Origin: Solirubrobacterales bacterium
GTDB lineage: Bacteria > Actinomycetota > Thermoleophilia > Solirubrobacterales > 70-9
NCBI GenBank assembly: GCA_035265665.1
Contig: DATFOK010000102.1
Span: forward strand, 4,705 to 68,704
Reading direction: 5' to 3'
DNA: 64,000 nt
The translations under genes were made by a program, and so were the position numbers. Positions 1-8,278 of this stretch are shown piece after piece. The notes below the pieces were generated by a model that did not search any database, was not told the DNA's origin, and was given only the letters and a program-made list of their open reading frames with translations. The first letter of the stretch is position 1; the number at the start of each line of letters is the position of its first letter.

Positions 1-652
1 CCGGCCAGGGCTCGTTCATCAGGTCGAGCCCGAGCGTGTGGCGCGCTTTCACGAAGCGGGCGGCTACATGCGCCCAGGCCGCGGCGTAGCGGTCCTGGAG
101 CCCGATGCCGCCCGGCCCAGGGTCATTGGCCCAGAAGTGGTCGTAGGCGCGGAGCAGGGCGGGCATCCCGAAGTAGTTGGCCGGGAAGCCGAGCTGCGGC
201 TGGTTGAGCAGCCCGTCGTCCTGGACGGCCCAGTCCGGCCAGCCCTCCCCCTGGAAGCGCTCGTTGTACATGTCCTGGTGGAAATCGAGCTGGCTGAAGA
301 TCCGGTGCTTGGCGAGGATCGCTTCGGTCGCTGCGATCTGGTTCAGGTAGCCGTCGTCGTAGCTTCCGGGACTCGGCTCGACGCCGGCGTAGATCACCCC
401 GAGGCGAACGGTGTTGAAGCCGTGGCGCTTCAGGAAGGCAGCGTCGTCCTCGCCGAAGCCCGCCGCGGCGGGGTAATAGGGCGGGCGCTTGTAGACCATG
501 TTCACGCCATGCAGGATCACGACCCGGCCCTTCGCGTCGGTGATCCAGCGTCCCGAGTGGCCGAGCGGCGTCGTGGGGCCGGCCCACGCCTGCGCGCAGA
601 GGAACGTGGATGCGACGACCGCCGCCACGGCCAACCCGACCGCTCGCCTCAC
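1..652 (-). CDS. Secreted glycoside hydrolase family 5 (cellulase/endoglycoceramidase-like), N-terminal part; gene runs off the left edge
   Basis: Not in ORF track because no stop lies in the window. Hand translation from GTG at 652 (alternative GTG at 661) gives signal peptide VRRAVGLAVAAVVASTFLCAQAWA. It continues ...VILHGVNMVYKRPPY...GFNTVRLGVIYAGVEP...DFHQDMYNERF...LDLMNEPWP, which carries the GH5 N-E-P motif. Confidence 0.7.
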   Translation of the reverse strand, partial: MRRAVGLAVAAVVASTFLCAQAWAGPTTPLGHSGRWITDAKGRVVILHGVNMVYKRPPYYPAAAGFGEDDAAFLKRHGFNTVRLGVIYAGVEPSPGSYDDGYLNQIAATEAILAKHRIFSQLDFHQDMYNERFQGEGWPDWAVQDDGLLNQPQLGFPANYFGMPALLRAYDHFWANDPGPGGIGLQDRYAAAWAHVAARFVKARHTLGLDLMNEPWP

Positions 653-695
653 GCCGGACACGCGGGCAGTATGCCGCTAGTGAAGAGCTCGGGGT

Positions 696-1094
696 TTACG
701 CGGCGACCGGGCTGGTGCCCAGTGTCTCCGAGAGCACGGAGACGTGGGTGGGCTGGGCATCGCCCTGCGCCTTGCGGCCGGCATCGGTGATGCAGGCGAA
801 GACACCGCGCCGATCGTGGTCGCAGACGTTGCGGCAGACGTAGCCGTCGTCCTCCAGGCGCTGCACCAACCGCGAGAGGGCGCTCTGGCTCAGATGAATC
901 TCCTCGGCCAGCTCCTGGATGCGTCGGTGCCCCTCGGGGGAGTCGTTCAGGCGGCGGAGCACCTCGTACTCCGTGAGCGAGAGTCGGTGCTGCCGCTGGA
1001 GGGCCTGTTCGAGGGCCTCGCGGACCCTCGCGTGCTCGGACTCGAGCTCACTCCATCGCTCGAGAAGCTGATCTCTCTCCGACGCCTTAGCCAT
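696..1094 (-). CDS. MarR family transcriptional regulator
   Basis: 132 aa ORF. The winged-HTH core LSLTEYEVLRRL...IQELAEEIHLSQSALSRLVQRLEDDGYV...DHDRRGV is typical of MarR. It is divergent from an MFS exporter gene. Confidence 0.9.
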   Translation of the reverse strand: MAKASERDQLLERWSELESEHARVREALEQALQRQHRLSLTEYEVLRRLNDSPEGHRRIQELAEEIHLSQSALSRLVQRLEDDGYVCRNVCDHDRRGVFACITDAGRKAQGDAQPTHVSVLSETLGTSPVAA

Positions 1095-1145
1095 CTGGCC
1101 TCACTCCCTGTGGCAGGTGATTATAGCAAAAGTTGCATTCGCATA

Positions 1146-1179
1146 TTGTGTTGACACAATGCATGCATCTGCATATACT
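1146..1179 (+). promoter_or_regulatory. Sigma-70-like promoter (TTGACA-N17-TATACT) for the MFS gene, with an overlapping inverted repeat that is a candidate MarR operator
   Basis: TTGACA at 1151-1156, a 17-nt spacer, then TATACT at 1174-1179. The inverted repeat TTGTGT-TG-ACACAA at 1146-1159 covers the -35 box. This is an AT-rich island in a GC-rich genome. Confidence 0.6.
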
Positions 1180-1218
1180 AGCCCGAACCTTCAACTGACC
1201 ACTGACGGGGAGGCCCGC

Positions 1219-2685
1219 GTGCAACAGGAGTCAGCACAGTCTTTGAAGACCAGCTTCGACGCTCGCGCCTGGTGGTTGCTCGCCCTCGTGTGCGGCGTCC
1301 TCTTCCTCGACGGGCTCGACGTCTCGATGGTGGGCGTCGCTCTGCCGAGCATCGGCAGCGAGCTTGGGCTCGAGCCGAGCTCCCTTCAGTGGGTGGTGAG
1401 CGGCTACATCCTCGGCTACGGCGGCCTGCTGCTGTTGGGCGGACGAGCCGCCGACCTGCTCGGCCGGCGCCGGGTCCTGCTCGGCGGGCTCGCCGTCTTC
1501 CTGATCGCCTCATTCATCGGCGGCCTTGCCAACGACGGGAACACCCTGATCGCGACCAGATTCATCAAGGGAGCGGCAGCGGCGTTCACGGCGCCTGCAG
1601 TGCTCTCGATCATCACGACGAAGTTCCCGGAGGGGCCGGCGCGGAACAAGGCGCTGAGCATCTACGCGGCAGTCGGAGCCAGCGGCTGGTCGCTGGGTCT
1701 CGTCTTCGGCGGCGCGCTCACCGAGCTGGGCTGGCGGTACACGTTCTTCATGCCCGTACCGATCGCCCTGGCGATCCTACTGTTGCTGCCTCGCTACCTC
1801 GACAAGGATGAGCCTGTCCAGGTCAAGCGGAGCAGCTTCGACTTCAGCGGCACGGCGACCCTTGCGGTCGCGATGCTCGGACTCGTCTACACGATTGTCG
1901 AGGCACCCGACGTAGGCTGGGGCGCGGCTCAGACATTGCTCTCCTTCGCGGGGGTGGCGATGCTGCTGACCGCGTTCGTCCTGATCGAGCAGCGGAGCGC
2001 TAATCCACTCGTCCGGCTCGGGATCCTGAAGTCGGCGGCCCTGCGGCGCGCCAACTACGGCGCAATGGCCCTGCTCGGCAGCTGGTTCGGATTCCAGTTC
2101 ATCGGCACCCTCTACATGCAGAACCTGAGGGGCTGGTCGCCGATCGAGATGGCACTCGCCTTCCTCCCGGCCGGGCTGATCGTCGCCTTCGGCTCGCCGA
2201 ACGTCGGGCGTCTGGTGAGCAAGGTGGGCCCCGCCATCCCGGTGGGCGCCGGGTTGGTGAGCCTGGGTCTCGGCTACCTGCTGTTCTGGAACATCGGGGC
2301 CGACTCGAGCTACCTGACGGCGATGCTGCCGACGTTCATCCTCTCCGGGATCGGGTTCACGCTCGCCTTCGGGCCGCTGACGATCGCGGCGACGAGCGAC
2401 GTCAGCGACCAGGAGCAGGGACTCGCCTCGGGGCTGGTCTATACCTCGTTCCAGCTCGGCGGAGCGGTCGGCCTGGCGGTCGCCACCGCGGTGATCGAGG
2501 CCGGCACCTCCGGCTCGGGCGCGCCGGCCGGCAGTGCCCAGGCCCTGCTCGACGGGTTCCAGCCCGGGATCATCGTGTCGATCGCGATCGCGGCAATCGG
2601 TGCCGCCGTCACCCTGATCCCGCTGGTTCGGCGCCGCCTGCCGACGCGCGTTGCCACAGCGGCGGCCGCCGAGCACCACGAGTAG
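1219..2685 (+). CDS. MFS transporter, DHA2 (EmrB/QacA-like, 14-TMS) drug:H+ antiporter family
   Basis: The ORF 1117..2685 starts upstream of the promoter. I chose in-frame GTG 1219, 5 nt after SD GGGGAGG (1207-1213). Motifs: LDGLDVSMVGVALPSI, GGRAADLLGRRRVL (MFS motif A-like), and many hydrophobic helices. Confidence 0.85.
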   Translation: MQQESAQSLKTSFDARAWWLLALVCGVLFLDGLDVSMVGVALPSIGSELGLEPSSLQWVVSGYILGYGGLLLLGGRAADLLGRRRVLLGGLAVFLIASFIGGLANDGNTLIATRFIKGAAAAFTAPAVLSIITTKFPEGPARNKALSIYAAVGASGWSLGLVFGGALTELGWRYTFFMPVPIALAILLLLPRYLDKDEPVQVKRSSFDFSGTATLAVAMLGLVYTIVEAPDVGWGAAQTLLSFAGVAMLLTAFVLIEQRSANPLVRLGILKSAALRRANYGAMALLGSWFGFQFIGTLYMQNLRGWSPIEMALAFLPAGLIVAFGSPNVGRLVSKVGPAIPVGAGLVSLGLGYLLFWNIGADSSYLTAMLPTFILSGIGFTLAFGPLTIAATSDVSDQEQGLASGLVYTSFQLGGAVGLAVATAVIEAGTSGSGAPAGSAQALLDGFQPGIIVSIAIAAIGAAVTLIPLVRRRLPTRVATAAAAEHHE

Positions 2686-2745
2686 CTCCCTCCCGGGGCG
2701 ATTCCCCGAGGCCGCGGCGATTCCCCCGCCGCGGCCTCGCCCCGT

Positions 2746-3525
2746 TCAGACGCCGGGCGCCGCCGCCTCCGCTAGCGCCGACATGTCCTCGAAGGTGGCG
2801 CTCGTCAGGGCCCTGACCACCACCGTGTCGAGGGCGCGATAGAGGGAGAGCTCCTCCTGCGCCGCGCCGGCGTTCTCGGCGGCAACTCCGACGGTCCCCT
2901 CGGGAGCGCCCTGGCGATCGAAGTGCCTGCGGTATCCCTGCTGCAGGTCGCGATAGAAGGCCTCGTCCTTGGCAAGCCGCTCCTCGGCGTCGGCGCGGAC
3001 GGAGGTCCGCACGTAGCCGAAGATCGGCGGCGGTTCGCGACCCGCTTCTCTCGCGCCGTGCTCGACCCACCCCCGGGCCGTTGCGGCGAACTCGGGCGTC
3101 ATCCAGTTGAAGAAGACCCCGTCCCACTCGGCGCCCCCGAAAGCGCACATCTTCGGGCCCATCGCGGCCAGGACCAGCCGAAGGCCGGGCAGCGTCTCGC
3201 GAAGCCCGGGCAGGGCCTCCCTCATCGCGGTCAAGGGCTTCTCGGTGACGCCCGCGCCGAGGCCGAGCCAGAGGCGGTCCCGGTCGAGGGCGAAGCGTTC
3301 CATGTCGGAGACGATCTCGTCCGGCGAGTGCCGGTCCAAGGCGATCACCCCGACGCCGAGGTCGATCCGGTCGGCGCCCTTAGCGTACTCCGCCACCGTC
3401 TCGAGACCCTTCGCCCCGGGGATGTCGCTCGACCACATCGAGCTGTAGCCAAGCTCCTGGCAGCGGCCCGCCAGGGGGCTCGCGATCTCGGGGTCCAGGC
3501 CAGCAGTTACCCCGAAGCCCCTCAA
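2746..3525 (-). CDS. LLM-class (luciferase-like) F420-dependent oxidoreductase
   Basis: ORF 2746..3594. Family-like sequence: GFGVTAG...ELGYSSMWSSD...IDLGVGVIALDRHSP...LWLGLGAG. TTG at 3525 gives MRGFGVTAG and overlaps the upstream stop (TTGA), so it is the preferred start. Confidence 0.75.
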   Translation of the reverse strand: MRGFGVTAGLDPEIASPLAGRCQELGYSSMWSSDIPGAKGLETVAEYAKGADRIDLGVGVIALDRHSPDEIVSDMERFALDRDRLWLGLGAGVTEKPLTAMREALPGLRETLPGLRLVLAAMGPKMCAFGGAEWDGVFFNWMTPEFAATARGWVEHGAREAGREPPPIFGYVRTSVRADAEERLAKDEAFYRDLQQGYRRHFDRQGAPEGTVGVAAENAGAAQEELSLYRALDTVVVRALTSATFEDMSALAEAAAPGV

Positions 3526-4907
3526 CCCACGCCGCTCCCGGAAGCGGAGCTGAGGAGGTGGCGGCTTGATTCTTTCTCGAGCAGCGCCACGCACTCGATG
3601 TGCGGGGTCTGGGGGAACATGTCGACCGGCTTCACGCGGCGCACCCTATAGCCGGCCTCCGAGAGCTGGGCGGCGTTGGGGGCGAGCGTCGTCGGGTTGC
3701 AGGAGACGTAGACGATGCGCGGTGCGTCGCACTCGATCAGCCGCCGCACCACCTTCTTGGAGAGCCCGGCGCGGGGCGGGTCGACGACCACGACGTCGGG
3801 GCGGCCGGCCTCGTCCAGCAGCGGGCGGATCTCCTTGCGGGCGTCGCCGGTGCGGAAGTGCACGTTCTCGATCGCGTTGAGGCGGGCGTTCTCCTCCGCG
3901 TCGGCGATCGCCTCCGACACGATTTCGACGCCCCACACCTCCCCCGCGCGTGCTGCCAGGCTGAGGCCGAGGGTGCCGATACCGCAGAAGAGGTCGAAGA
4001 CTCGCTCGCCTCCCGTCAGGCCGGCCATTTCACCCGCGATCCCATAGAGCCGCTCGGCCATCTCGGTATTGGTCTGGAAGAAGGCGCTGTGGGAGATCCG
4101 GAAGCGCAGTTCGCAGAGCTCCTCCTCCAGGTGCTCGCGGCCCAGCACGCCGGTCGGTCCGTCGGTGCCTCCGCTTGAGCCCTCGACGATCGTGTGCAGG
4201 TCGACTGGCGGGCGGGGGATCTCCGCCGGCGAGGTGACCAGGCGGGTTTGCAGCTGGCCGGTCCGGCGCCCTTCGCGGACGACGAGGTTGCGGAGAACAC
4301 CGGCGCCGGAGCGGCGGTCGTAGGCGGGCAGGCCCTCCGCGGCCGCCCAGGCGCGGATCTCGTTGCGCAGGAGGTTGTTTCGCTCCGAGGCGAGCTGGCA
4401 GTCCTCGGCGTCCACCACCAGGTCCCAGCGCCCACGGGCGTGAAAGCCGAGGACGAGCCCGTCGTCTCGCTCCCCGAACGAGTACTCGAGCTTGTTGCGG
4501 TAGCGCCACTGCTCAGCTGCCGGTTCGATCGGCTCAAGGTCGAAGCAATCGAGGTGCCCGATTCGAACTAGAGCGTCCGCGACCTGAGCTTCCTTGTGGC
4601 TGAGCTGGTGTTCGTATGGAAGTTCCTGCCATGGCGCTCCCGGACAGGGCTCGCCACCGTGGTCGCACCGGGGTGGGACGCGGTCGGGCGACTCTCTGAC
4701 GATGTCTCGTGTCACAGCCTCGGCGTAGCTGCTCTTGGCTCGCGTTACCTCGGCAACCACTCGATCCCCAGGCAACGCTCCCGCGACGAAGACGACATAA
4801 CCGTTCTCATGCGCGACCCCTTTGCCTCCATAGGCCAGGGACTCGATGTCAAGCGTCAGCAGCTCGCCGCGGGGTGGCCGCAGTTGCGTGGTCCCTTCGT
4901 CGGCCAT
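3522..4907 (-). CDS. 23S rRNA (uracil-C5)-methyltransferase, RlmD/RumA family (TRAM + class I SAM methyltransferase)
   Basis: Motifs: FFQTN, DLFCGIGTLGL, VDPPRAGL, VYVSCNPTTLA, MFPQTPHIECVALL. The longest ORF starts at 4934. ATG 4907 (MADEG...) avoids overlap with the divergent gene. Confidence 0.9.
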   Translation of the reverse strand: MADEGTTQLRPPRGELLTLDIESLAYGGKGVAHENGYVVFVAGALPGDRVVAEVTRAKSSYAEAVTRDIVRESPDRVPPRCDHGGEPCPGAPWQELPYEHQLSHKEAQVADALVRIGHLDCFDLEPIEPAAEQWRYRNKLEYSFGERDDGLVLGFHARGRWDLVVDAEDCQLASERNNLLRNEIRAWAAAEGLPAYDRRSGAGVLRNLVVREGRRTGQLQTRLVTSPAEIPRPPVDLHTIVEGSSGGTDGPTGVLGREHLEEELCELRFRISHSAFFQTNTEMAERLYGIAGEMAGLTGGERVFDLFCGIGTLGLSLAARAGEVWGVEIVSEAIADAEENARLNAIENVHFRTGDARKEIRPLLDEAGRPDVVVVDPPRAGLSKKVVRRLIECDAPRIVYVSCNPTTLAPNAAQLSEAGYRVRRVKPVDMFPQTPHIECVALLEKESSRHLLSSASGSGVG

Positions 4908-4932
4908 CGTCGGCTTATCGTTGCAGCCGCTC

Positions 4933-6444
4933 ATGGGCTGGGACCTGGACGAATACCGGCGGGACGCGGAGCTCTTCGTCGAGGAGATCGACCGCGAGTA
5001 CTACCTGCAGGGGGCGGGACAGAAGCCCGATCTGGAGATCGAGCCGATCTACGACCGGCACGAAGGCCTGTTCGAGCGGTCGGCTGTCGAGCGTGTGGGG
5101 GAGGCCAGGCGGAGATGCGAGGGCGCGCGTCAGCGCGAGCCGTTTGATGGTGATGACGAGGAAGTTTGCCTTCGATACCTGCATCAGTTCGCGCTCGACG
5201 GCCACCTCGGGGCGGCAACCCGGGCCCTCGAGGCCCGGCTGGCCGAGCTCGAGGCCTCGCTCGAGATCGAGGTCGGTGGTGAGGCCATCCCCTATCGGAC
5301 GGCACCGGTGGTCCAGGCCAACGAGGCCGACGGCGACCGGCGCGCCGAGATCGAGACCGCGCGCAACGCGGCGGTGGCCGAACGGCTCAACCCGCTCCAT
5401 TTCGAGGCGCTGGAGGCCGTACACGACGCCTGCGTCGATCTCGGCTGGCCCTCGTACCTCGATGCCTACTCGGACGTCCGCGCGCTCGATCTGCGGGCTC
5501 TGGCACGTGAGCTGGACGGGTTCGCGGAGGCGACCGAGCCCGGCTACGCCGGCATCGTCGGCCGCGAGCTCGAGCAGACGGTCGGGCTTTCGCTTGATCA
5601 GTCGCGGCGCTCGGACCTGGCCCGCTTCTTCCGGGCACCGCATCTGGACGGGCTCTTTCCCGGTGAGCGGATGGTCCCGGCGCTGCAGGAGACGCTCGCC
5701 GCGCTCGGGATCGATCTCGCCGCGCAGTCCAATGTCAAGCTCGACACCGAGACCAGACCGACGAAGAGCCCGCGGGCATTCTGCGCCGTGCCGCGCGTCC
5801 CGGACGAGGTCTATCTGGTCATGCCGCCGATCGGCGGGCGGGAGGACTACGCGGCGCTCTTCCACGAGGCCGGGCATGCCGAGCACTACGGATGTACGGA
5901 CGCGGAGCTGGCATTCGAGTTCCGGCATCTCGGGGACAACTCGGTCACCGAGTCCTACGCCTTCCTCCTCGAGGGGCTGACCGCGAGTGCGGCGTGGCTG
6001 AGGAGGGTCTTGGGCATCGACGGCGCAGAGGCCGCGATCGAGCACGCGCGGGCGTCGCGGCTCGTGTTCCTGCGCCGCTACTCGGCGAAGATCGCCTACG
6101 AGGTCGAGCTGCACGGGCCGGATGCGGATCTCAGCGCGATGCCGGAGCGCTACGCGAGCCTGCTCACCGAGAGGGTCGGGGTCGAGTGGCCGCGCGAGAC
6201 CTGGCTATCCGACGTGGATGAGGGCTTCTACGTCGCCTGCTACCTGCGCGCCTGGGCGCTCGAGGTGGACTGGCGGAGCGAGCTCGGAAGGCGCTTCGGG
6301 GTGGAGTGGTTCGCCGACGCGGAGGCGGGGCACTGGCTGCGGGCGCTGTGGGCGCGGGGGCAGCGACTCGACGCGGACCGTTTGCTGGACGAGGTCGCAG
6401 GGCGCAAGCTCGATTTCGGCCGCCTGGCCTCCGATCTGAGTTAA
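4933..6444 (+). CDS. Putative zinc metallopeptidase (HEXXH; M3/oligoendopeptidase-F-like)
   Basis: The in-frame ATG at 4933 (MGWDLDEYRRDAELF...) is preferred over ORF start 4846. HEXXH occurs in ALFHEAGHAEHY. Composition is coding-like, whereas the overlapping alternative-frame and antisense ORFs are Arg/Ser-rich junk. Confidence 0.7.
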   Translation: MGWDLDEYRRDAELFVEEIDREYYLQGAGQKPDLEIEPIYDRHEGLFERSAVERVGEARRRCEGARQREPFDGDDEEVCLRYLHQFALDGHLGAATRALEARLAELEASLEIEVGGEAIPYRTAPVVQANEADGDRRAEIETARNAAVAERLNPLHFEALEAVHDACVDLGWPSYLDAYSDVRALDLRALARELDGFAEATEPGYAGIVGRELEQTVGLSLDQSRRSDLARFFRAPHLDGLFPGERMVPALQETLAALGIDLAAQSNVKLDTETRPTKSPRAFCAVPRVPDEVYLVMPPIGGREDYAALFHEAGHAEHYGCTDAELAFEFRHLGDNSVTESYAFLLEGLTASAAWLRRVLGIDGAEAAIEHARASRLVFLRRYSAKIAYEVELHGPDADLSAMPERYASLLTERVGVEWPRETWLSDVDEGFYVACYLRAWALEVDWRSELGRRFGVEWFADAEAGHWLRALWARGQRLDADRLLDEVAGRKLDFGRLASDLS

Positions 6445-6480
6445 GGACCTCGTCGGGTATAGGCTTGCGCCGCACTCCAC

Positions 6481-6514
6481 AAACGGGTTGCGCCGGGCGG
6501 CGCACCCTCGCATC
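6481..6514. repeat. 34-nt hairpin motif, copy 1 (AAACGGGTTGCGCC-GGGC-GGCGCACCCTCGCATC)
   Basis: It differs from 29146-29179 at only 2 positions, both in the loop. The stem is GGGT(T)GCGCC/GGCGCACCC. It lies 22 nt upstream of the GTG of the small gene at 6537. A partial extra arm (GCTTGCGCCGCAC) sits at 6463-6475. Confidence 0.8.
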
Positions 6515-6536
6515 TACCCCGAGCAGGAGGTCCAAG

Positions 6537-6851
6537 GTGGAAGCAAGCGAGAGCGGTAGCGTTCGAGACCAGGTCCAGAAGGCGATCGACGACCTGCGGG
6601 CCGCCGGCGAGAAGGCGACCGGCGACGTGCGCTCGCGCATCGACGACGCGGTCTCGCGGTTGCGCGACGTGTCGGGCGAAGCGGGCACGAAGGCGCAGGA
6701 TCAGGTCTCGAATTGGCGCGACACCCTGGACAACGCGACCCAGGACGTCCGCAAGGAGCTCGCCAAGCTGGCGGTCCGTGCGCAGAGCTCGACCGAGGCG
6801 CTCGACGAGATCGCCAAGGAGATCGACGAGCGCCGTACGGCGCTGAAGTAG
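6537..6851 (+). CDS. Small (104 aa) all-helical, charged protein of unknown function (stress-protein/apolipoprotein-like repeats)
   Basis: GTG 6537 lies 6 nt after SD AGGAGG (6525-6530). Sequence: VEASESGSVRDQVQKAIDDLRAAGEKATGDVRSRIDDAVSRLRD...ALDEIAKEIDERRTALK. The longest ORF (6306) has a junk N-terminus. Confidence 0.7.
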   Translation: MEASESGSVRDQVQKAIDDLRAAGEKATGDVRSRIDDAVSRLRDVSGEAGTKAQDQVSNWRDTLDNATQDVRKELAKLAVRAQSSTEALDEIAKEIDERRTALK

Positions 6852-6871
6852 TTCGGGCTACCGAGCTCGGT

Positions 6872-7429
6872 CTAGCTCTGGAGCTTACGGTCGAGGGACC
6901 GCAGCAGGCTCTTGCGGGCCTTGTTGCGCCCCTCGTATTCGCGGATCCTGCGCAGCTCAGCCCGGGTGAGCTCGGGGAGCCGGCGATCGATCTGCCGGAT
7001 GGAGAGCTGGTCGTAGGCCGTGATGGGGAAGCCGGGGACGCGCGCCGCCCGGCGGACCCGGTCGGCGCCCGCGAGCGGCTTGTCGACCGCCTTGACGGCC
7101 CGCTTGCGCGCCTTCTGTGCGCGGGCGCCGGCCTGTTGGCGCGCTAGACCCGGGGCCTCCCTGGCTTGGGCGAGCAGGCGCTCCAGCTGGCCGAGTAGAT
7201 CGTCGGCCTGATCGCGGCCGCGGGTGACCAGGCGGCCGACGATCTCGTCCGCGTCGGTGCGCGTCATGCGGCCGCGCCGCACCGCGTCATCGATGACCTC
7301 CTGGAGGCGGTCACGCGAGATCGTGACGCTCTTCTCGAGGGCCTCGCGGAAGGCCTGGACGCTCTGCTCGGCGCGCGAGCTCTCCGCGGCCTCTTCGCTC
7401 TTCCCTTTTGCCCCTGACGCCTGCGCCAT
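6872..7429 (-). CDS. Hypothetical protein; phasin-like (COG3937-type) helical N-terminus and a basic C-terminal domain
   Basis: 185 aa. Sequence: AFREALEKSVTISRDRLQEVIDDAVRRGRMTRTDADEIV... then ...ITAYDQLSIRQIDRRLPELTRAELRRIREYE. The functional call is weak. Confidence 0.55.
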   Translation of the reverse strand: MAQASGAKGKSEEAAESSRAEQSVQAFREALEKSVTISRDRLQEVIDDAVRRGRMTRTDADEIVGRLVTRGRDQADDLLGQLERLLAQAREAPGLARQQAGARAQKARKRAVKAVDKPLAGADRVRRAARVPGFPITAYDQLSIRQIDRRLPELTRAELRRIREYEGRNKARKSLLRSLDRKLQS

Positions 7430-7438
7430 CCCCTCGGA

Positions 7439-8257
7439 CTATCCCACAGATGTAAATCTGCCAATCACGGGGTTGTGGTCGGAGAGACGGATCCGCAGGC
7501 TCGTCTTCGGATCGACCACGTCCCGGGCTTCGGGGGGGAGCGCGGCGGGGTGCTCGACGATCTCGATGCCTTGCACGAGCAGGTGGCTGAGGCGGTCCGG
7601 GGCGGTGCGGGGGGCCAGGCCGTAGCGCTCCTCGAGCCGGTCGAAGACCCCGCTCGCCTGCGGCCGGACGTTGAAGTCGCCCCCGAACACCAGCGCGTTC
7701 GAACCAGCGAAGTCGGTGGCGCGCTGGGCGGCATCGAGCAGCTCGCGCTCGGCCGAGGTGGGCTTGGTACTGACGTGGAGGTTCGCCACGCAGAGGCCCG
7801 ATTCCATCCGGGTCAGCGCCATGACGCGGGTCTCCGGCCTGCGGGTCAGGACCTCACGGCGGCGCTCCGCGATCGGTCCCGCATCCGGTCTGACGAGGGT
7901 GGTGTTCGAGCCGCCCTCCCAGGCGCCGAGCAGGTCCGGCCGCCAGCGGCCGATCAGGGAGGTGAGCGGCTGAAACCAGTTGCGGCCGCTGAAGACCCGG
8001 TGGGCATCGGCGCCGCAGGCCGCGGCCATCCGCTCCTTCCAGCTGGGCGGGAACTCCTGGAAGAGGGCGACGTCCCAGTCGATGCCGCGAATCAGCTCGG
8101 CGAAGAGGTCGAACAGATCCCAGTTCGTCTGCTCGTAGTCCTTCCCCAGGCGGGGCCCGCGGCGGCAGTTGCCCTTGTGGGCCCGCACCTGAAGCTCCGG
8201 CTCGGGGGGCCAGTCGCGTCCGTGGAACACGTTCCATGTCATCGCGGTCAGCTGCAC
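7439..8257 (-). CDS. Endonuclease/exonuclease/phosphatase (EEP) family protein
   Basis: Motifs: MTWNVFHG..., ...VALFQEF..., NLHVST..., VFGGDFNVRP, SDHNPV. GTG start at 8257. Confidence 0.85.
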   Translation of the reverse strand: MQLTAMTWNVFHGRDWPPEPELQVRAHKGNCRRGPRLGKDYEQTNWDLFDLFAELIRGIDWDVALFQEFPPSWKERMAAACGADAHRVFSGRNWFQPLTSLIGRWRPDLLGAWEGGSNTTLVRPDAGPIAERRREVLTRRPETRVMALTRMESGLCVANLHVSTKPTSAERELLDAAQRATDFAGSNALVFGGDFNVRPQASGVFDRLEERYGLAPRTAPDRLSHLLVQGIEIVEHPAALPPEARDVVDPKTSLRIRLSDHNPVIGRFTSVG

Positions 8258-8278
8258 GCCCCTAGTATCGGCTGCTCG

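Noticed and set aside
4905-4935. Apparent overlap of divergent start codons (minus ATG 4934 and plus ATG 4933)
   Set aside because: It is probably an artefact of taking longest ORFs. The methyltransferase can start at ATG 4907 (MADEG...), which leaves a 25-bp divergent spacer.
4709-6114. ORFs 4709..5980 (+, 423 aa) and 4915..6114 (-, 399 aa) overlapping the HEXXH peptidase gene
   Set aside because: They are alternative-frame and antisense readings that are Ser/Arg/Pro-rich. Only the 4933..6444 frame has balanced composition and a metal-binding motif.
6438-6460. GGGTAT (6455-6460) as a SigB/F-type -10 for the small helical-protein gene
   Set aside because: The only GTT-containing -35 candidate (GTTAAG, 6440-6445) gives a 9-nt spacer. 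That is far short of the 15-17 nt required.
6481-6514. Resemblance of the minus-strand reading (GAGGGUGCGCCG...) to the guanidine-III (ykkC-III) or mini-ykkC riboswitches
   Set aside because: Only a short GAGGUGCGCC-like string is shared. The pseudoknot-forming 3' half of ykkC-III and the ACGR loops of mini-ykkC are absent. The loops here are GGGC and TGGT and are not conserved.
7475-8278. N-terminal 268 codons of the 569-aa ORF 7475..9184
   Set aside because: This part is antisense to the EEP gene and is junk-like. OTCase homology begins at ATG 8279.
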